A DNA stretch of 64,000 nt from positions 2,496,001 through 2,560,000 of the forward strand of contig OZ241875.1 of assembly GCA_965203325.1 (NCBI GenBank), given 5' to 3'. The DNA comes from a bacterium (GTDB taxonomy: Bacteria > UBA8248). Both the position numbers and the translations under genes were made by a program. Shown here one piece after another: positions 1-9,771 of the stretch (position 1 is the stretch's first letter; every line of letters starts with the position of its first letter). The notes beneath the pieces were generated by a model. The model made no database searches. It saw nothing but the letters and a program-made list of their open reading frames with translations, and was not told where the DNA came from.

Positions 1-400
1 CCGCGTTTTGAAGCCCGGTGGACGGCTCGCGGTCAGCGACGCCGACTGGGGCGCCACGGCGTGGCGCAGTGAGGACGCGGCACTCTGCGAGCGGGTGATG
101 GATGGATGGACGTCGGGCTTCGCCCACCTGAGGCTTCCGCTCACGCTCAAACGCAGGATCGAGGCGGCGGGCTTCGTCGATGCGTCCGCCCACGCGATTC
201 CCGTTTTCAATTCCGCCTGCGAACCTGAAGGTTTCAGCTTTCACTTCATCCGTCAGATTCAGGGCGTCGTCCCCGACAGGACGAACCTCACGCAGGAGGA
301 AGTAGACGCATGGGCGCAAGAATTGCGCGGCCTGAACGAGCGGGGTGCATATTTCTTCTCGCAGACGAGGTATCTGTTCGCGGCCGATAAGCCGCGCTGA
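1..400 (+). CDS. Class I SAM-dependent methyltransferase, C-terminal part (5' end outside window)
   Basis: Frame is open from the window edge; RVLKPGGRLAVSDADW is the typical methyltransferase motif. Confidence 0.75.
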   Translation, partial: RVLKPGGRLAVSDADWGATAWRSEDAALCERVMDGWTSGFAHLRLPLTLKRRIEAAGFVDASAHAIPVFNSACEPEGFSFHFIRQIQGVVPDRTNLTQEEVDAWAQELRGLNERGAYFFSQTRYLFAADKPR

Positions 401-404
401 AGAA

Positions 405-1121
405 TCAACCCTCTTTCGATTTCATCTTCTTGTAGACCACGGGGATGAGGGAGAGCGCCGCGAGTCCCACCAGCGCGATCATGACCTGGGGCGTGAGTAT
501 CCCCTTGGCGGAGAACTCGCCCCCCGCCTCGAATATGCTGCCGAGCCCGGCACCCACCGAGGCGAAGACGAACGAGCCGGGAATGATCCCGAAGAATGTG
601 CCGATGACGTAGACGCTCAGGGACACCCCCAGAAAGGCGGGCACGAGGTTCACCACGAAAAAGGGAAAGATCGGAACGAGCCTTAGAACCAGCAGGTAGC
701 TCAGCGCGTTCTCCTGAAAGCCTTCTTCCATCTTCTGAAGCCAGGGGCCGGCCTTCGCGCGCAGGGGGTCGCCGAGCGAGGTCTTGGCCGCGATGAAGAG
801 AACCGTCGCCCCCACCGTCGCGCCCACGACGATATAAAGCGCGCCCCAGACCGTCCCGAACAGGAACCCTCCCGTGATGCTCATCACCAGGCCGCCGGGG
901 AGAGAAAATATCGTCACCGCCGCGTAGGCGAGCATGTAGGAGATGACGGCAAGCGCGCCGTTATCGTGCACCCACCCCTTGAGCAGGCTCTGGTTTTCCC
1001 GCAAGGTCTCGAAAGTGAGGTAGCGGCCCAGCCCCGAGTAGAAGAAAGCGACGAGGACGAGGACGAGGGCAAGCGGAATGACGAAGTTCTTGTAAGAGAG
1101 TTTTTTTTCGGGTTCGCTCAT
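405..1121 (-). CDS. TVP38/TMEM64 (DedA/VTT, SNARE-associated) membrane protein
   Basis: Hydrophobic ORF with SLPGG...GGFLFG and LRLVPIFPFFVVN motifs; start placed at MSEPEKK. Confidence 0.85.
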   Translation of the reverse strand: MSEPEKKLSYKNFVIPLALVLVLVAFFYSGLGRYLTFETLRENQSLLKGWVHDNGALAVISYMLAYAAVTIFSLPGGLVMSITGGFLFGTVWGALYIVVGATVGATVLFIAAKTSLGDPLRAKAGPWLQKMEEGFQENALSYLLVLRLVPIFPFFVVNLVPAFLGVSLSVYVIGTFFGIIPGSFVFASVGAGLGSIFEAGGEFSAKGILTPQVMIALVGLAALSLIPVVYKKMKSKEG

Positions 1122-1373
1122 TTTCGGATGGTTGCTTTCGTTTTTGGGGTGACGTTGTGTGAGGATGCGGCTGCTCCACATGGCTCGCGGCCCGGCGCGC
1201 TACGCCGAAACCGCGATCAGCTTCTATCACATTTCACGCGCGGGTCAAATCGTCCCGCCGTTTTGCGGGTTGTTGGAGAAGTCCTTGCGGGTCGGGCCGG
1301 TGGGGCGAGATTTTCTCTTTGGCATGTCCCCCCACCGATTCGGTTTCGGGTTTTTACCCTCACCTCATCGACT

Positions 1374-1484
1374 CCCCCTCAAGGGGGGAGTGAATCTTGC
1401 TCTTTTATTGGTCGCGTCAAATCCTCGTTAATCGGGGTTTTTCCCTTGACGTGGACTTTTTCAATACCCCCTTTCGGGGGAGGG
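1374..1484. repeat. Degenerate C/G-rich palindromic repeat (MITE/REP family member)
   Basis: CTCCCCCTCAAGGGGGGAG hairpin and a TTTTTCAATACCCC end resembling the repeats at 17.5, 19.6 and 45.0 kb. Confidence 0.5.
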
Positions 1485-1543
1485 GTGGCGCGATTTGCGC
1501 GATTGCGAGAAAATACCCTCTTATGTCGATTGGGGAAGAGTCG

Positions 1544-2008
1544 ATGAATCCGAGGTTGAAACCGTATCAGACATACGGAATCGCCCTGCTTCGCGTCTCA
1601 TTGGGCGCTTATTACGTTCTGCACGGCTATTACGGCTGGCTGGTGATCGGCGTGGAGCGCCTCGCCGCCCTGAACGTGTCGATGGGCATCCCTCTGCCCA
1701 CCATCAGTGCGTGGGCCGTCGTGCTGGGCCATCTGGTCGGCGGAGCGCTCCTGATCATCGGGCTCTACGCACGCCTGGGCGCTTTGATGAACGTTCCCAT
1801 CATGGCGGGCGCCGCCGCGTACGTGCATTTCGACCAGGGCTTTTTCATGCACGGCATCGTCACGAACCCCCAGACCGGCGCCGCCGTCGCCGGCGGATAC
1901 GAATACTCGCTCTTCCTCCTCCTCGCTACGACCGCCATCCTCTTGATGGGAGGCGGCCCCCTCTCCATCGACGCGCGAATGAGAAGCAGAATGCGTATGG
2001 GGGAGTGA
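1544..2008 (+). CDS. DoxX family membrane protein
   Basis: LLRVSLG..HG at the N-terminus, GGYEYSL and GGGPLSID at the C-terminus. Confidence 0.85.
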   Translation: MNPRLKPYQTYGIALLRVSLGAYYVLHGYYGWLVIGVERLAALNVSMGIPLPTISAWAVVLGHLVGGALLIIGLYARLGALMNVPIMAGAAAYVHFDQGFFMHGIVTNPQTGAAVAGGYEYSLFLLLATTAILLMGGGPLSIDARMRSRMRMGE

Positions 2009-2150
2009 GGGGTTAATTTCGAGCAAGGAGCGAGGAATTGCAGTTGTGGCGGCACTTCCTCGGGGAAGCGCAACCGTTCCCTCATCGGGGTTGTTGAAAA
2101 ACCCCTTATGCCACCCCTGTAATCAACCCGACCGGTGGAGGGAAGGTTTT

Positions 2151-2272
2151 GTAGGGGTCAGACATATATGTCTGACTGTGTGTCCGCCCCATGCGGTCGC
2201 CGTGTTTCACCATTCCGTTATCGGTGCAACACAGATATCCAAGGGCGGGCGGACACACGGGTCCGCCCCTAC
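2151..2272. repeat. REPIN-like doublet of GTAG-type REP palindromes
   Basis: GTAGGG-GTCAGACA TATA TGTCTGAC ... GGGCGGAC ACACGG GTCCGCCC-CTAC; preceded by a MITE-like end GGGTTGTTGAAAAA at 2088. Confidence 0.7.
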
Positions 2273-2415
2273 GGAACCGCGACCCTCTCGCTTTCCGGGT
2301 CAGATCATCTCCACAGAGCATGTCCGGTCGCCCGTAGCCCTGGGGTTTTCCGCCGGGTCATGCGATAGTGAGCGCGCTGGTTGATTCTGGAAACGATGGC
2401 CGACAGGACACCCCG

Positions 2416-3216
2416 ATGAATTTGCGCAGGTGGAAGGACAGGATGGTGGCGCGTCTGCTCACGCGCTATCCGGGGCTGGTGAAAAGGTGGGCGGGGGGCA
2501 GGGATTTCTCCGCCGAGATGGCCGGCTGGCGCGCGGGGCCCGCGTTCACGCCCTGGACGCCGCCGGTGAAGCCCGTTCGCGAGTGCAAAGTCGCGCTGGT
2601 GACGACGGGCGGGGTGCATCTCAAGACGCAAACTCCCTTCGACATGGAAAACCCCGACGGCGACCCGACGTTCCGCGAGATTCCGGGCGACGCCGCGCGC
2701 GACGAGATGACGATAACGCACGATTATTACGACCACAGGGGGGCGGATGTGGATTTGAACGTCGTCTTCCCGCACGAGCGGCTTAAGGAAATGGCCGAAG
2801 AGGGCGTGATAGGCGGGGTCTCGCCGGTTCATTTGAGCTTCATGGGCCATATCGATGCGGAGCTCGTCGAGCGGCTCGTGGAGGAGACGGCGCCTGCCGC
2901 GGCGCGGCGGCTGCGCGAGGCGGGGGCGGAGGTCGCGCTGCTGGCGCCTGCCTGAGGGCTTTGCAACCGCTCGGTCGGGCTGATTCAGAACGCTGTGGAA
3001 CGGGAGGGGCTGGCCACCGCGTCGGTGAGCATCGTGAAGGAGATAACGGTCGGGCTTTGCCCGCCGCGTGCGGTGTTCGTGCCCTGGCCGCTGGGCCACC
3101 CCTTCGGACGGGCGGGAAATCTTGAACAGCAGCGCGCCGTGCTGTATGATATGATCGGGTTGCTCGAGACGGCCGAGGATCCGGGAACGCTCATCGAGAG
3201 GGACCATCCCTGGTGA
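2416..3216 (+). CDS. Selenoprotein of the glycine/betaine/proline reductase B (GrdB/PrdB-like) family; in-frame UGA at 2953-2955 read as Sec
   Basis: ORFs 2368..2955 and 2995..3216 share a frame; readthrough gives LAPA-U-GLC-NRSVGLIQNAVEREG (UxxC); family motifs VALVTTGGVH, DPTFREIP, HDYYDH and PPRAVFVPWPLGHPFG. Confidence 0.85.
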
Positions 3217-3396
3217 GTTTTCGGGGCGCAGGAGATTGGCGGCGGGATAATGGAAATTATGCGTTTAGTGAAAATTTCTAAATCTGAAAATATCGATAAA
3301 ATCCGGTAAATTCACGGGGTTTTTCGATAAAAAACTGGTAATTTATCGTATTGATAATGAAGGCGTTATCCCGATTTTTGAGATCAGGAGGCCGCC

Positions 3397-3981
3397 ATGG
3401 ACGCAGTCGCAACCCCCATCACCCGCCTCGCAGAAGAGCTGGCCGGCATCTATGATAAAGGCGCACGCGGCCGGGGATTCATCCGCGCCGCCGAACCCGC
3501 TCTCAAACGCCTGCTGGGCGAGGATTCTTTCCTTCCTCCCGAGGCGCTCGAGCCCTCCGATGAAGGGTATGCGCGGCACCTGCTGTATCGCGACCCCGAG
3601 GAGCGCTTCGTCGTAGCGGCCATGGTGTGGAAGCCCGGGCAGGGCACCCCGATTCACGATCATGACGGCGCCTGGGGAATGCTCGGCATGGTGGAGGGCG
3701 GCCTGGAAGTCGTTAATTATTTTGCGGATGGGGAAATCGCCGAAGGTGAGGTCGAGTTGCGAAACGATGCGCCCCACAATCCTTCGGCAGGCGGGCAGAA
3801 CTCGGTTTGCGGCTGCGCGGACATCCATACGGTGCGCAATCGGCGTGACGATGTGGCGGTTTCCATTCATGTGTATCCGCGCGATTTGGAAGCGTGCCAT
3901 TTCTTCGAGCCCATCAGCGGTGAAAAAAATCGCTTCTGCGCGCGCCGCGTCTCGATTTCCTACACGGGTGATTCTTCCTGA
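3397..3981 (+). CDS. Cysteine/thiol dioxygenase family (cupin)
   Basis: YARHLL, WKPGQGTPIHDH, IHTVRN and SIHVY motifs; GGAGG RBS. Confidence 0.8.
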   Translation: MDAVATPITRLAEELAGIYDKGARGRGFIRAAEPALKRLLGEDSFLPPEALEPSDEGYARHLLYRDPEERFVVAAMVWKPGQGTPIHDHDGAWGMLGMVEGGLEVVNYFADGEIAEGEVELRNDAPHNPSAGGQNSVCGCADIHTVRNRRDDVAVSIHVYPRDLEACHFFEPISGEKNRFCARRVSISYTGDSS

Positions 3982-4199
3982 GCGATTTCCGATCTACGAC
4001 CAAAAAGCCATAGAATAAGATGGAATATCGGGGAGCGAGGCTTTTTCGCTCATGCTTGATAAGGCCTGAAGTCCGGTGGTTTGCAGAATGGGCGGATTGT
4101 GGTTTATCGGCCAATCCTTTAACAGGAGAGTGAGTTATCGATTTCCCGGTTTGAGAAAATTCCCTGCATCATTTCACGTTCTCATCCCAAGAGGTTCAT

Positions 4200-5063
4200 A
4201 TGCGCAGCAAGGGTGGTTGGTATGCCGGTTTTGAGACGGTCTCGAATTTCCAAATGTTTTTCCGGGACTGGAGACCGGCGAAGAAAAATTTGCTTTTGCC
4301 CGTTATCGCATTGCATGGCTCGCTGATTCAGAGCGGTATGTGGAATGCTATGGCGGAAGGCGCGGGCTCGATACGTATTATTAGTCCTGATCAAAGAGGA
4401 TTCGGGCGAACGGATGACCCGGGTGCGGGTGACGCCGCAAAGGATTTCGCAAGAGACGTGATTGGCTTGGCCGACGCGCTTTTGCTGGACCGCTTCGTGG
4501 TGATGGGGCATTCCTTCGCCGCTTCAATCGCTCTGGCCGTCGCTGCGGAACGCCCGGATCGCGTCGCCGCGACCGTGTTGATGGACCCGACAGTGCGTGA
4601 TGCTACGGGCGCCAATGCGAACCTGGAGGCCTCACGAAGTCGCCCGATGGAGTTCGAGGACATCGCGCAGGCCCAGAAATTCATAACACAGAGCGAGGAG
4701 GGAAACTGGCCACCCGCCAGGACGAGACGATTCTTGAGCGATGTATTGGTGCACGATGGCGCAAACGGCGCCTGGAGGGTTCCTTTTGAGAAAAGCAGAA
4801 TCCTGAGATTACGGGAATTTCAAGCCTCTTCCGCGAGCGATTACGACCCCGTTTTCTGGGCGAAGAGAACAAAATGCCCTTCTCTGGTATTTCGTGGAGG
4901 GGAAAGCAAGCGATTTAGCGAGAAATCAGAGAAATTATTGATGAATGTACTACCCACGAAATCAAGAGTGGTCGTATGTGCAAGAGCCGGTCATTTCCCG
5001 AGCGTTTCCGAGCCGACCATCGTGCAGCGAGAACTCAAGGCGTTTTTGGCAGATTTGAAATGA
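4200..5063 (+). CDS. Alpha/beta hydrolase
   Basis: LHG, DQRGFGRT, GHSFA nucleophile elbow, C-terminal AGHF. Confidence 0.85.
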   Translation: MRSKGGWYAGFETVSNFQMFFRDWRPAKKNLLLPVIALHGSLIQSGMWNAMAEGAGSIRIISPDQRGFGRTDDPGAGDAAKDFARDVIGLADALLLDRFVVMGHSFAASIALAVAAERPDRVAATVLMDPTVRDATGANANLEASRSRPMEFEDIAQAQKFITQSEEGNWPPARTRRFLSDVLVHDGANGAWRVPFEKSRILRLREFQASSASDYDPVFWAKRTKCPSLVFRGGESKRFSEKSEKLLMNVLPTKSRVVVCARAGHFPSVSEPTIVQRELKAFLADLK

Positions 5064-7270
5064 ACAAACGAAACGGCAGCAATCTTCATATTGAGACCGA
5101 ACTCAGTCGCGATTTGGGGCTCGCGTCCGCACTTTCGATTGGCGTCGGTACAATGATAGCGGCAGGTATTTTTACTTTATCCGGCCTGGCTGTAAGGGAT
5201 GTCGGCTCATCAGCCGTCATCGCCTTTCTTTTGGCCGCGCTTGTCGCCGGGTTCACTGCGCTCACCTATTGTGAATTCTCATCTCTGTATCCGGAATCCG
5301 GAGAAGGGTATCTCTATGCGAGAAGAACGTTTCCACCGCCACTCGCTTATCTTGTCGGGTGGACACTGGTGCTTGGCTACACTTCTTCATGCGCTTTCTA
5401 CATCAGCAGCCTTTCTTCCTATTTCAATGAATTCGTCTGGCATTCTCCTTATGAGCAAATATCGGGAATCATAGGACTGGTCTGTCTCGTATTGCTTAAC
5501 ATCAAGGGAACAAAGGAATCGGCTCGGTTTCAAATCCTCATTACCGCCGGAAAGGTCATCCTTCTGGTTTGGTTTGTATTTGGCGGGCTAGAAAATGTGG
5601 ACACAAAAGCCCTTGTCGAAAGAATGAGCATGGACATACCAAGGATTGGCGCGACTGCCGGTTTGGTTTTTATTACTTTTTTTGGTTTTTCGGCAATTGC
5701 CGCGTCAGCTGGAGAAATATCGAATCCCACCAAGACAATTCCTCGTGCGATATTTCTTTCCATGGTGATCGTGACGATTCTATATACCATGGTGGTCTTT
5801 GTGATCATTGCCGCCAATCTTACGGAATATACGGAAGCGGCGATGGGTAATGCGGCGCGTCTTTTCCTGGGACCCATCGGCGGTATGGTGATTGTCGTAG
5901 GTGCGCTTTTCTCGATGATTTCTGCATCCAACGCATCGATTTTGGCGGGGTCGCGAGTCGTTTTGTCCATGGCGCAACTGGGACACTTGCCCTCCGGAAT
6001 CTCCGCGATCAACTCACAGACACGCACTCCCATTATTTCGCTTATTCTGGTGGGAGGAACAATTGTTGTCTTTGCGCAAAGTTTTCACCTGGAGAAGCTG
6101 GCGCATTTTGCGGACACCATTCTTTTGCTGGCACTGATATTGGTGAATGCAGCGCTCATCTATCATCGAAAGAAATTTCCAAACCTCAGCAGGACTTTCC
6201 GTGTTCCCTTCGTGCCGCTGTTGCCACTTCTTGGAATTGCCGCAAATATATATCTGCTTTCATTGATACTGCGGCATCCTGAGCCAGTTATCATGGCAGT
6301 CCTTTGGCTGATTGTGGGGATGCTCGGTTTTCTGGCCTGGAAAGGTTCTCAGGTGGAGGAGGAATTCTTGCCAGGTGAACCATCCCGCGTAGCGCAAGTT
6401 CGCGCGGAAGGTCAAGAGAGTGATTTTCGCGTGTTGGTTCCCATCGCCAACCCGACAAATGTGATTCCTCTCATTGATCTGGCCTCGGCGATTGCCAAAG
6501 AAAATGACGGTGAAATCGTTGTCATGCGGGTTGTATCTTTGCCGGAGCAGGCGCCGACGAGTCGCGAGACTTCGTACGTTGAGCGAGAAAGACGAATTTT
6601 GGAGCGGGCCCATATTCACGCCAATTCAAAGGGTGTCAAAATCAGTTCCCTGGTGAGGATCGGACGTAACCCGGCGCGCGCTATTCTGGAGACGGCAAGA
6701 GAACGTCATTGCGATCTGATCGTGCTTGGCTGGAAAGGCTATACTTCTACCGCCAATCGAATTTTAGGTGAAATTGTGGATGATGTCGTAAAACTTGCAC
6801 GGGCGGACATTATGCTGGTGAAACTTGTAAGTGAGATGAAATTCAAGAATATCCTTTTACCAACTACCGGAGGAATACATGCGCGCCTGGCAGAACGATA
6901 TACGGCTCCTATTGCCAGCGCTTACAATGCCAGACTCGTTGTATCGACAATTATTTCTCCAGAGTCGGAAGGAACTCACAAACACTCTGTAGAACAAGCT
7001 TTGAGCGAGGCGGTAGGCAGGATCAACGATGAGAGTAGTGTTCATGTGGAGAGCCGAATCATCACGCATAAATCCGTTTCCGTAGGCATTATCCAGGCAG
7101 CAGAAGAATATGACGCCATTGCAATGGGTGCCGCCGGCGAGAGTTTCTATAAACAGATTCTATTTGGTTCTATCCCTGAAAACGTTGCGAAACACACGGA
7201 CAAAACAGTTATTGTGTACAAACAATATTCGCCAGTGAAAGCATTGGTGGGCCGGGTGATGGAAAACTAA
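5060..7270 (+). CDS. APC-family amino acid permease with C-terminal universal stress protein domains
   Basis: GTMIAAGIF in TM1 and about 12 TM segments, then VLVPIANP and LFGSIPENVAK USP-like domains; ATGA overlap with the upstream gene. Confidence 0.85.
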   Translation: MNKRNGSNLHIETELSRDLGLASALSIGVGTMIAAGIFTLSGLAVRDVGSSAVIAFLLAALVAGFTALTYCEFSSLYPESGEGYLYARRTFPPPLAYLVGWTLVLGYTSSCAFYISSLSSYFNEFVWHSPYEQISGIIGLVCLVLLNIKGTKESARFQILITAGKVILLVWFVFGGLENVDTKALVERMSMDIPRIGATAGLVFITFFGFSAIAASAGEISNPTKTIPRAIFLSMVIVTILYTMVVFVIIAANLTEYTEAAMGNAARLFLGPIGGMVIVVGALFSMISASNASILAGSRVVLSMAQLGHLPSGISAINSQTRTPIISLILVGGTIVVFAQSFHLEKLAHFADTILLLALILVNAALIYHRKKFPNLSRTFRVPFVPLLPLLGIAANIYLLSLILRHPEPVIMAVLWLIVGMLGFLAWKGSQVEEEFLPGEPSRVAQVRAEGQESDFRVLVPIANPTNVIPLIDLASAIAKENDGEIVVMRVVSLPEQAPTSRETSYVERERRILERAHIHANSKGVKISSLVRIGRNPARAILETARERHCDLIVLGWKGYTSTANRILGEIVDDVVKLARADIMLVKLVSEMKFKNILLPTTGGIHARLAERYTAPIASAYNARLVVSTIISPESEGTHKHSVEQALSEAVGRINDESSVHVESRIITHKSVSVGIIQAAEEYDAIAMGAAGESFYKQILFGSIPENVAKHTDKTVIVYKQYSPVKALVGRVMEN

Positions 7271-7352
7271 CCCGATCACCTTGGTTATCAGAATGCAAAC
7301 ACGGGAGTGTTGTGAGCAGGAATAAAAAAATTTTGCCATTGAGGGAGTCCAT

Positions 7353-8072
7353 TTGTCTAAAATCATACCGAGTTCCATGGAAGCCGTTTCGGATATTCCC
7401 GATGGCGCATCGATACTTATCGGTGGGTTTGGGATATGCGGAATGGCGCATAATTTATGTAAAGCGCTTAGCAACCGAAAAGATGTCGGTGATTTCCATC
7501 TGGTGTCGAATGCAGGCGGAATAGACGGTTGGGGTGTGGGCTTGATGTTTCAAAATCGACAGATCCGCTCCATTATCGCAAGCCGTGTGGGCCCGGCTTG
7601 TAAAGCTTATGAAGAACAAGCTTTGAGAGGGGAAATTGAAGTCGAGCTCTCGCCTCAAGGAACATTCATAGAGCGCATTCGAGCGGGCGGGGCCGGCATC
7701 GGTGGTTTCTTTACGCCAACGGGAGCAGGCACCGTAGTAGCTGAAGGAAAAGAGACGAGAATCATCGAGGGGGAAGAACACATTTTTGAAGAGCCCATTC
7801 GAGCGGATTATGCTTTCATCAAGGCCTGGAAGGGAGACGAGCGTGGGAATCTGATATACAGGATGAGCGCGCAGAATTTTAATCCCGTCATGGCCACTGC
7901 CGCCGAGGTGACTATCGCCGAAGTAGAAGAGATTGCTCCCGTCGGTGAAATTGCCCCGGAAAATGTGCATACGCCCGGGATTTTTGTGCAGCGCGTAGTT
8001 TTAGGTGAAGATATAGAGAAACCTATCGAAATCATGACGAACCGGCCCCGGGAAGGCCTTGGGGGGAGATGA
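7353..8072 (+). CDS. scoA: 3-oxoacid CoA-transferase subunit A
   Basis: [23 protein letters not shown] and [12 protein letters not shown] motifs. Confidence 0.85.
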   Translation: MSKIIPSSMEAVSDIPDGASILIGGFGICGMAHNLCKALSNRKDVGDFHLVSNAGGIDGWGVGLMFQNRQIRSIIASRVGPACKAYEEQALRGEIEVELSPQGTFIERIRAGGAGIGGFFTPTGAGTVVAEGKETRIIEGEEHIFEEPIRADYAFIKAWKGDERGNLIYRMSAQNFNPVMATAAEVTIAEVEEIAPVGEIAPENVHTPGIFVQRVVLGEDIEKPIEIMTNRPREGLGGR

Positions 8073-8073
8073 T

Positions 8074-8736
8074 TTGCCTTTGAGCAGACACGAAATTGCG
8101 AAGCGGGCAGCCATGGAAGTGCCTCGTGGGGGGTATGTCAATCTCGGGCTAGGCATACCTACCTTGGTGAGCAATTACATACCCGAGGAATATGGCGTCA
8201 CCATACATTCGGAGAACGGTGTGTTGGGGGTAGGGCCATTTCCATACGAAGGAGATGAAGACCCCGACCTGCTGAATGCCAGCAAAGAAACCGTGACGAT
8301 TATGCCGGGAGGTTCGTATTTTGATAGCGCCACTTCATTTTCTATGGTCAGAGGCGGGCATATAGACGTCACCATACTAGGTGCAATGGAAGTCGCCGGG
8401 AATGGTGACCTGGCGAATTGGGCAATTCCCGGCAAAATGATATCCGGCATGGGAGGTGCGATGGATCTCGTCGTGGGCGCCCGAAAAGTTATCCTCACTA
8501 TGGAGCATGTTTCAAAACGGGGTGCGCCGAAGATTGTAAAGGCATGCTCTCTACCTTTAACCGGCAAAGGCGTGGTAGATGTCATCATTACTGATCTCGC
8601 GTTCATCACAGTGGAGACAGACGGGCTCTGGCTGCGTGAACTCGCTCCTGGCGTGAACGAAAGTGAAGTGCGGGATAAAACCGGGGCGCCTTTGAGGGTG
8701 GCCTCGGATTTGCGCGAGATGGATGCGAATGCCTGA
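8074..8736 (+). CDS. scoB: 3-oxoacid CoA-transferase subunit B
   Basis: [13 protein letters not shown] catalytic Glu, [12 protein letters not shown] start chosen after the GGGGAG RBS. Confidence 0.85.
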   Translation: MPLSRHEIAKRAAMEVPRGGYVNLGLGIPTLVSNYIPEEYGVTIHSENGVLGVGPFPYEGDEDPDLLNASKETVTIMPGGSYFDSATSFSMVRGGHIDVTILGAMEVAGNGDLANWAIPGKMISGMGGAMDLVVGARKVILTMEHVSKRGAPKIVKACSLPLTGKGVVDVIITDLAFITVETDGLWLRELAPGVNESEVRDKTGAPLRVASDLREMDANA

Positions 8737-8745
8737 GTTGCGACA

Positions 8746-9669
8746 ATGATTGATCTTGAAAAATACACTCAAGAATACTGGGGGTTGATGCGCCAACATT
8801 CCTATCGACTCACAGGTAGCATTTTGGATGCGGATGATATCGTCCAAGATGCCATGTTGCGAGCGATTGAGATGGGTCCGGCCCTCAATAATATCGAAGA
8901 TCATCCCGAGTGGTTGTATACGGCGTGTACGGAAGCGGCACTTTCTCGATTGCGAGAGAAGAAACCACTGGAGTTAAATGAGTTTGACTTCCCTGATTTG
9001 ATACAAACGGCGGGTTCAAGCGCGAACGGCGCAACCAAATCGATTGAGGCGGGTGCTGTATGGCCGAGCGTTGCGCTCGAGTTTTTGTTCCCCCTCCAAT
9101 ACATGACGCCCGAGCAGCGCGCTGTTGCCGTGCTCAGGGACGGGGTCGAGGATGGTGACCGGATTGCGGCGTCCGCAATGGGAGTAAAGATTCAGGAAAT
9201 TTTCAAAATTGCCGACAATGCGGATAACAAACGTGCGCAAATTCAAAAGCGCTGGGGAAAGAATCTTTTCTGCGCAACCACCGATGATCATGCAAAACTA
9301 GCGAGAGTATTCGAACGATTCGTAGAAGCGCTTGGCTTTCGCGACAAGGTATTGTTGCAAGGACTCATGTCACCGGGTGTAGAGCTTATCGTCCGAGACG
9401 AGAGAAGAACGGGTGACGATTTTGTTGCAATGGCCTGTGTGGAGCTTCTCGGCCAAATGGGAGAAAAACTGACATTCAGCCCTGTTTGGCTCAACGGTTG
9501 CCGAGGTGTGCTTATCTGGACTTGGCGCACCATGAGAAACGAATGGCTGCGGTGTGGCGCCATAATGGTTCTGAATGATGAATTCAATATAAAAGCAATG
9601 AAGTGGTATTTGGATGGTCATCTTCTGCGTGCCATTCAGACCGAAGTTCCTCAGACTTCTTCAAATTGA
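8746..9669 (+). CDS. ECF sigma factor with SnoaL-like C-terminal extension (ECF41/SigJ-like, divergent)
   Basis: YRLTGSILDADDIVQDA (region 2), MTPEQRAVAVLRD (region 4), long C-terminal extension containing LNG. Confidence 0.65.
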   Translation: MIDLEKYTQEYWGLMRQHSYRLTGSILDADDIVQDAMLRAIEMGPALNNIEDHPEWLYTACTEAALSRLREKKPLELNEFDFPDLIQTAGSSANGATKSIEAGAVWPSVALEFLFPLQYMTPEQRAVAVLRDGVEDGDRIAASAMGVKIQEIFKIADNADNKRAQIQKRWGKNLFCATTDDHAKLARVFERFVEALGFRDKVLLQGLMSPGVELIVRDERRTGDDFVAMACVELLGQMGEKLTFSPVWLNGCRGVLIWTWRTMRNEWLRCGAIMVLNDEFNIKAMKWYLDGHLLRAIQTEVPQTSSN

Positions 9670-9771
9670 GCGTCGGAACAATCGAAGATTTCGAATCCAC
9701 AGACAACAAAAATGTCTGGGCAACCGAAGATGTTCATCTTTGTTGTGTCTGCAAGAAGTATATCGCGTTTT

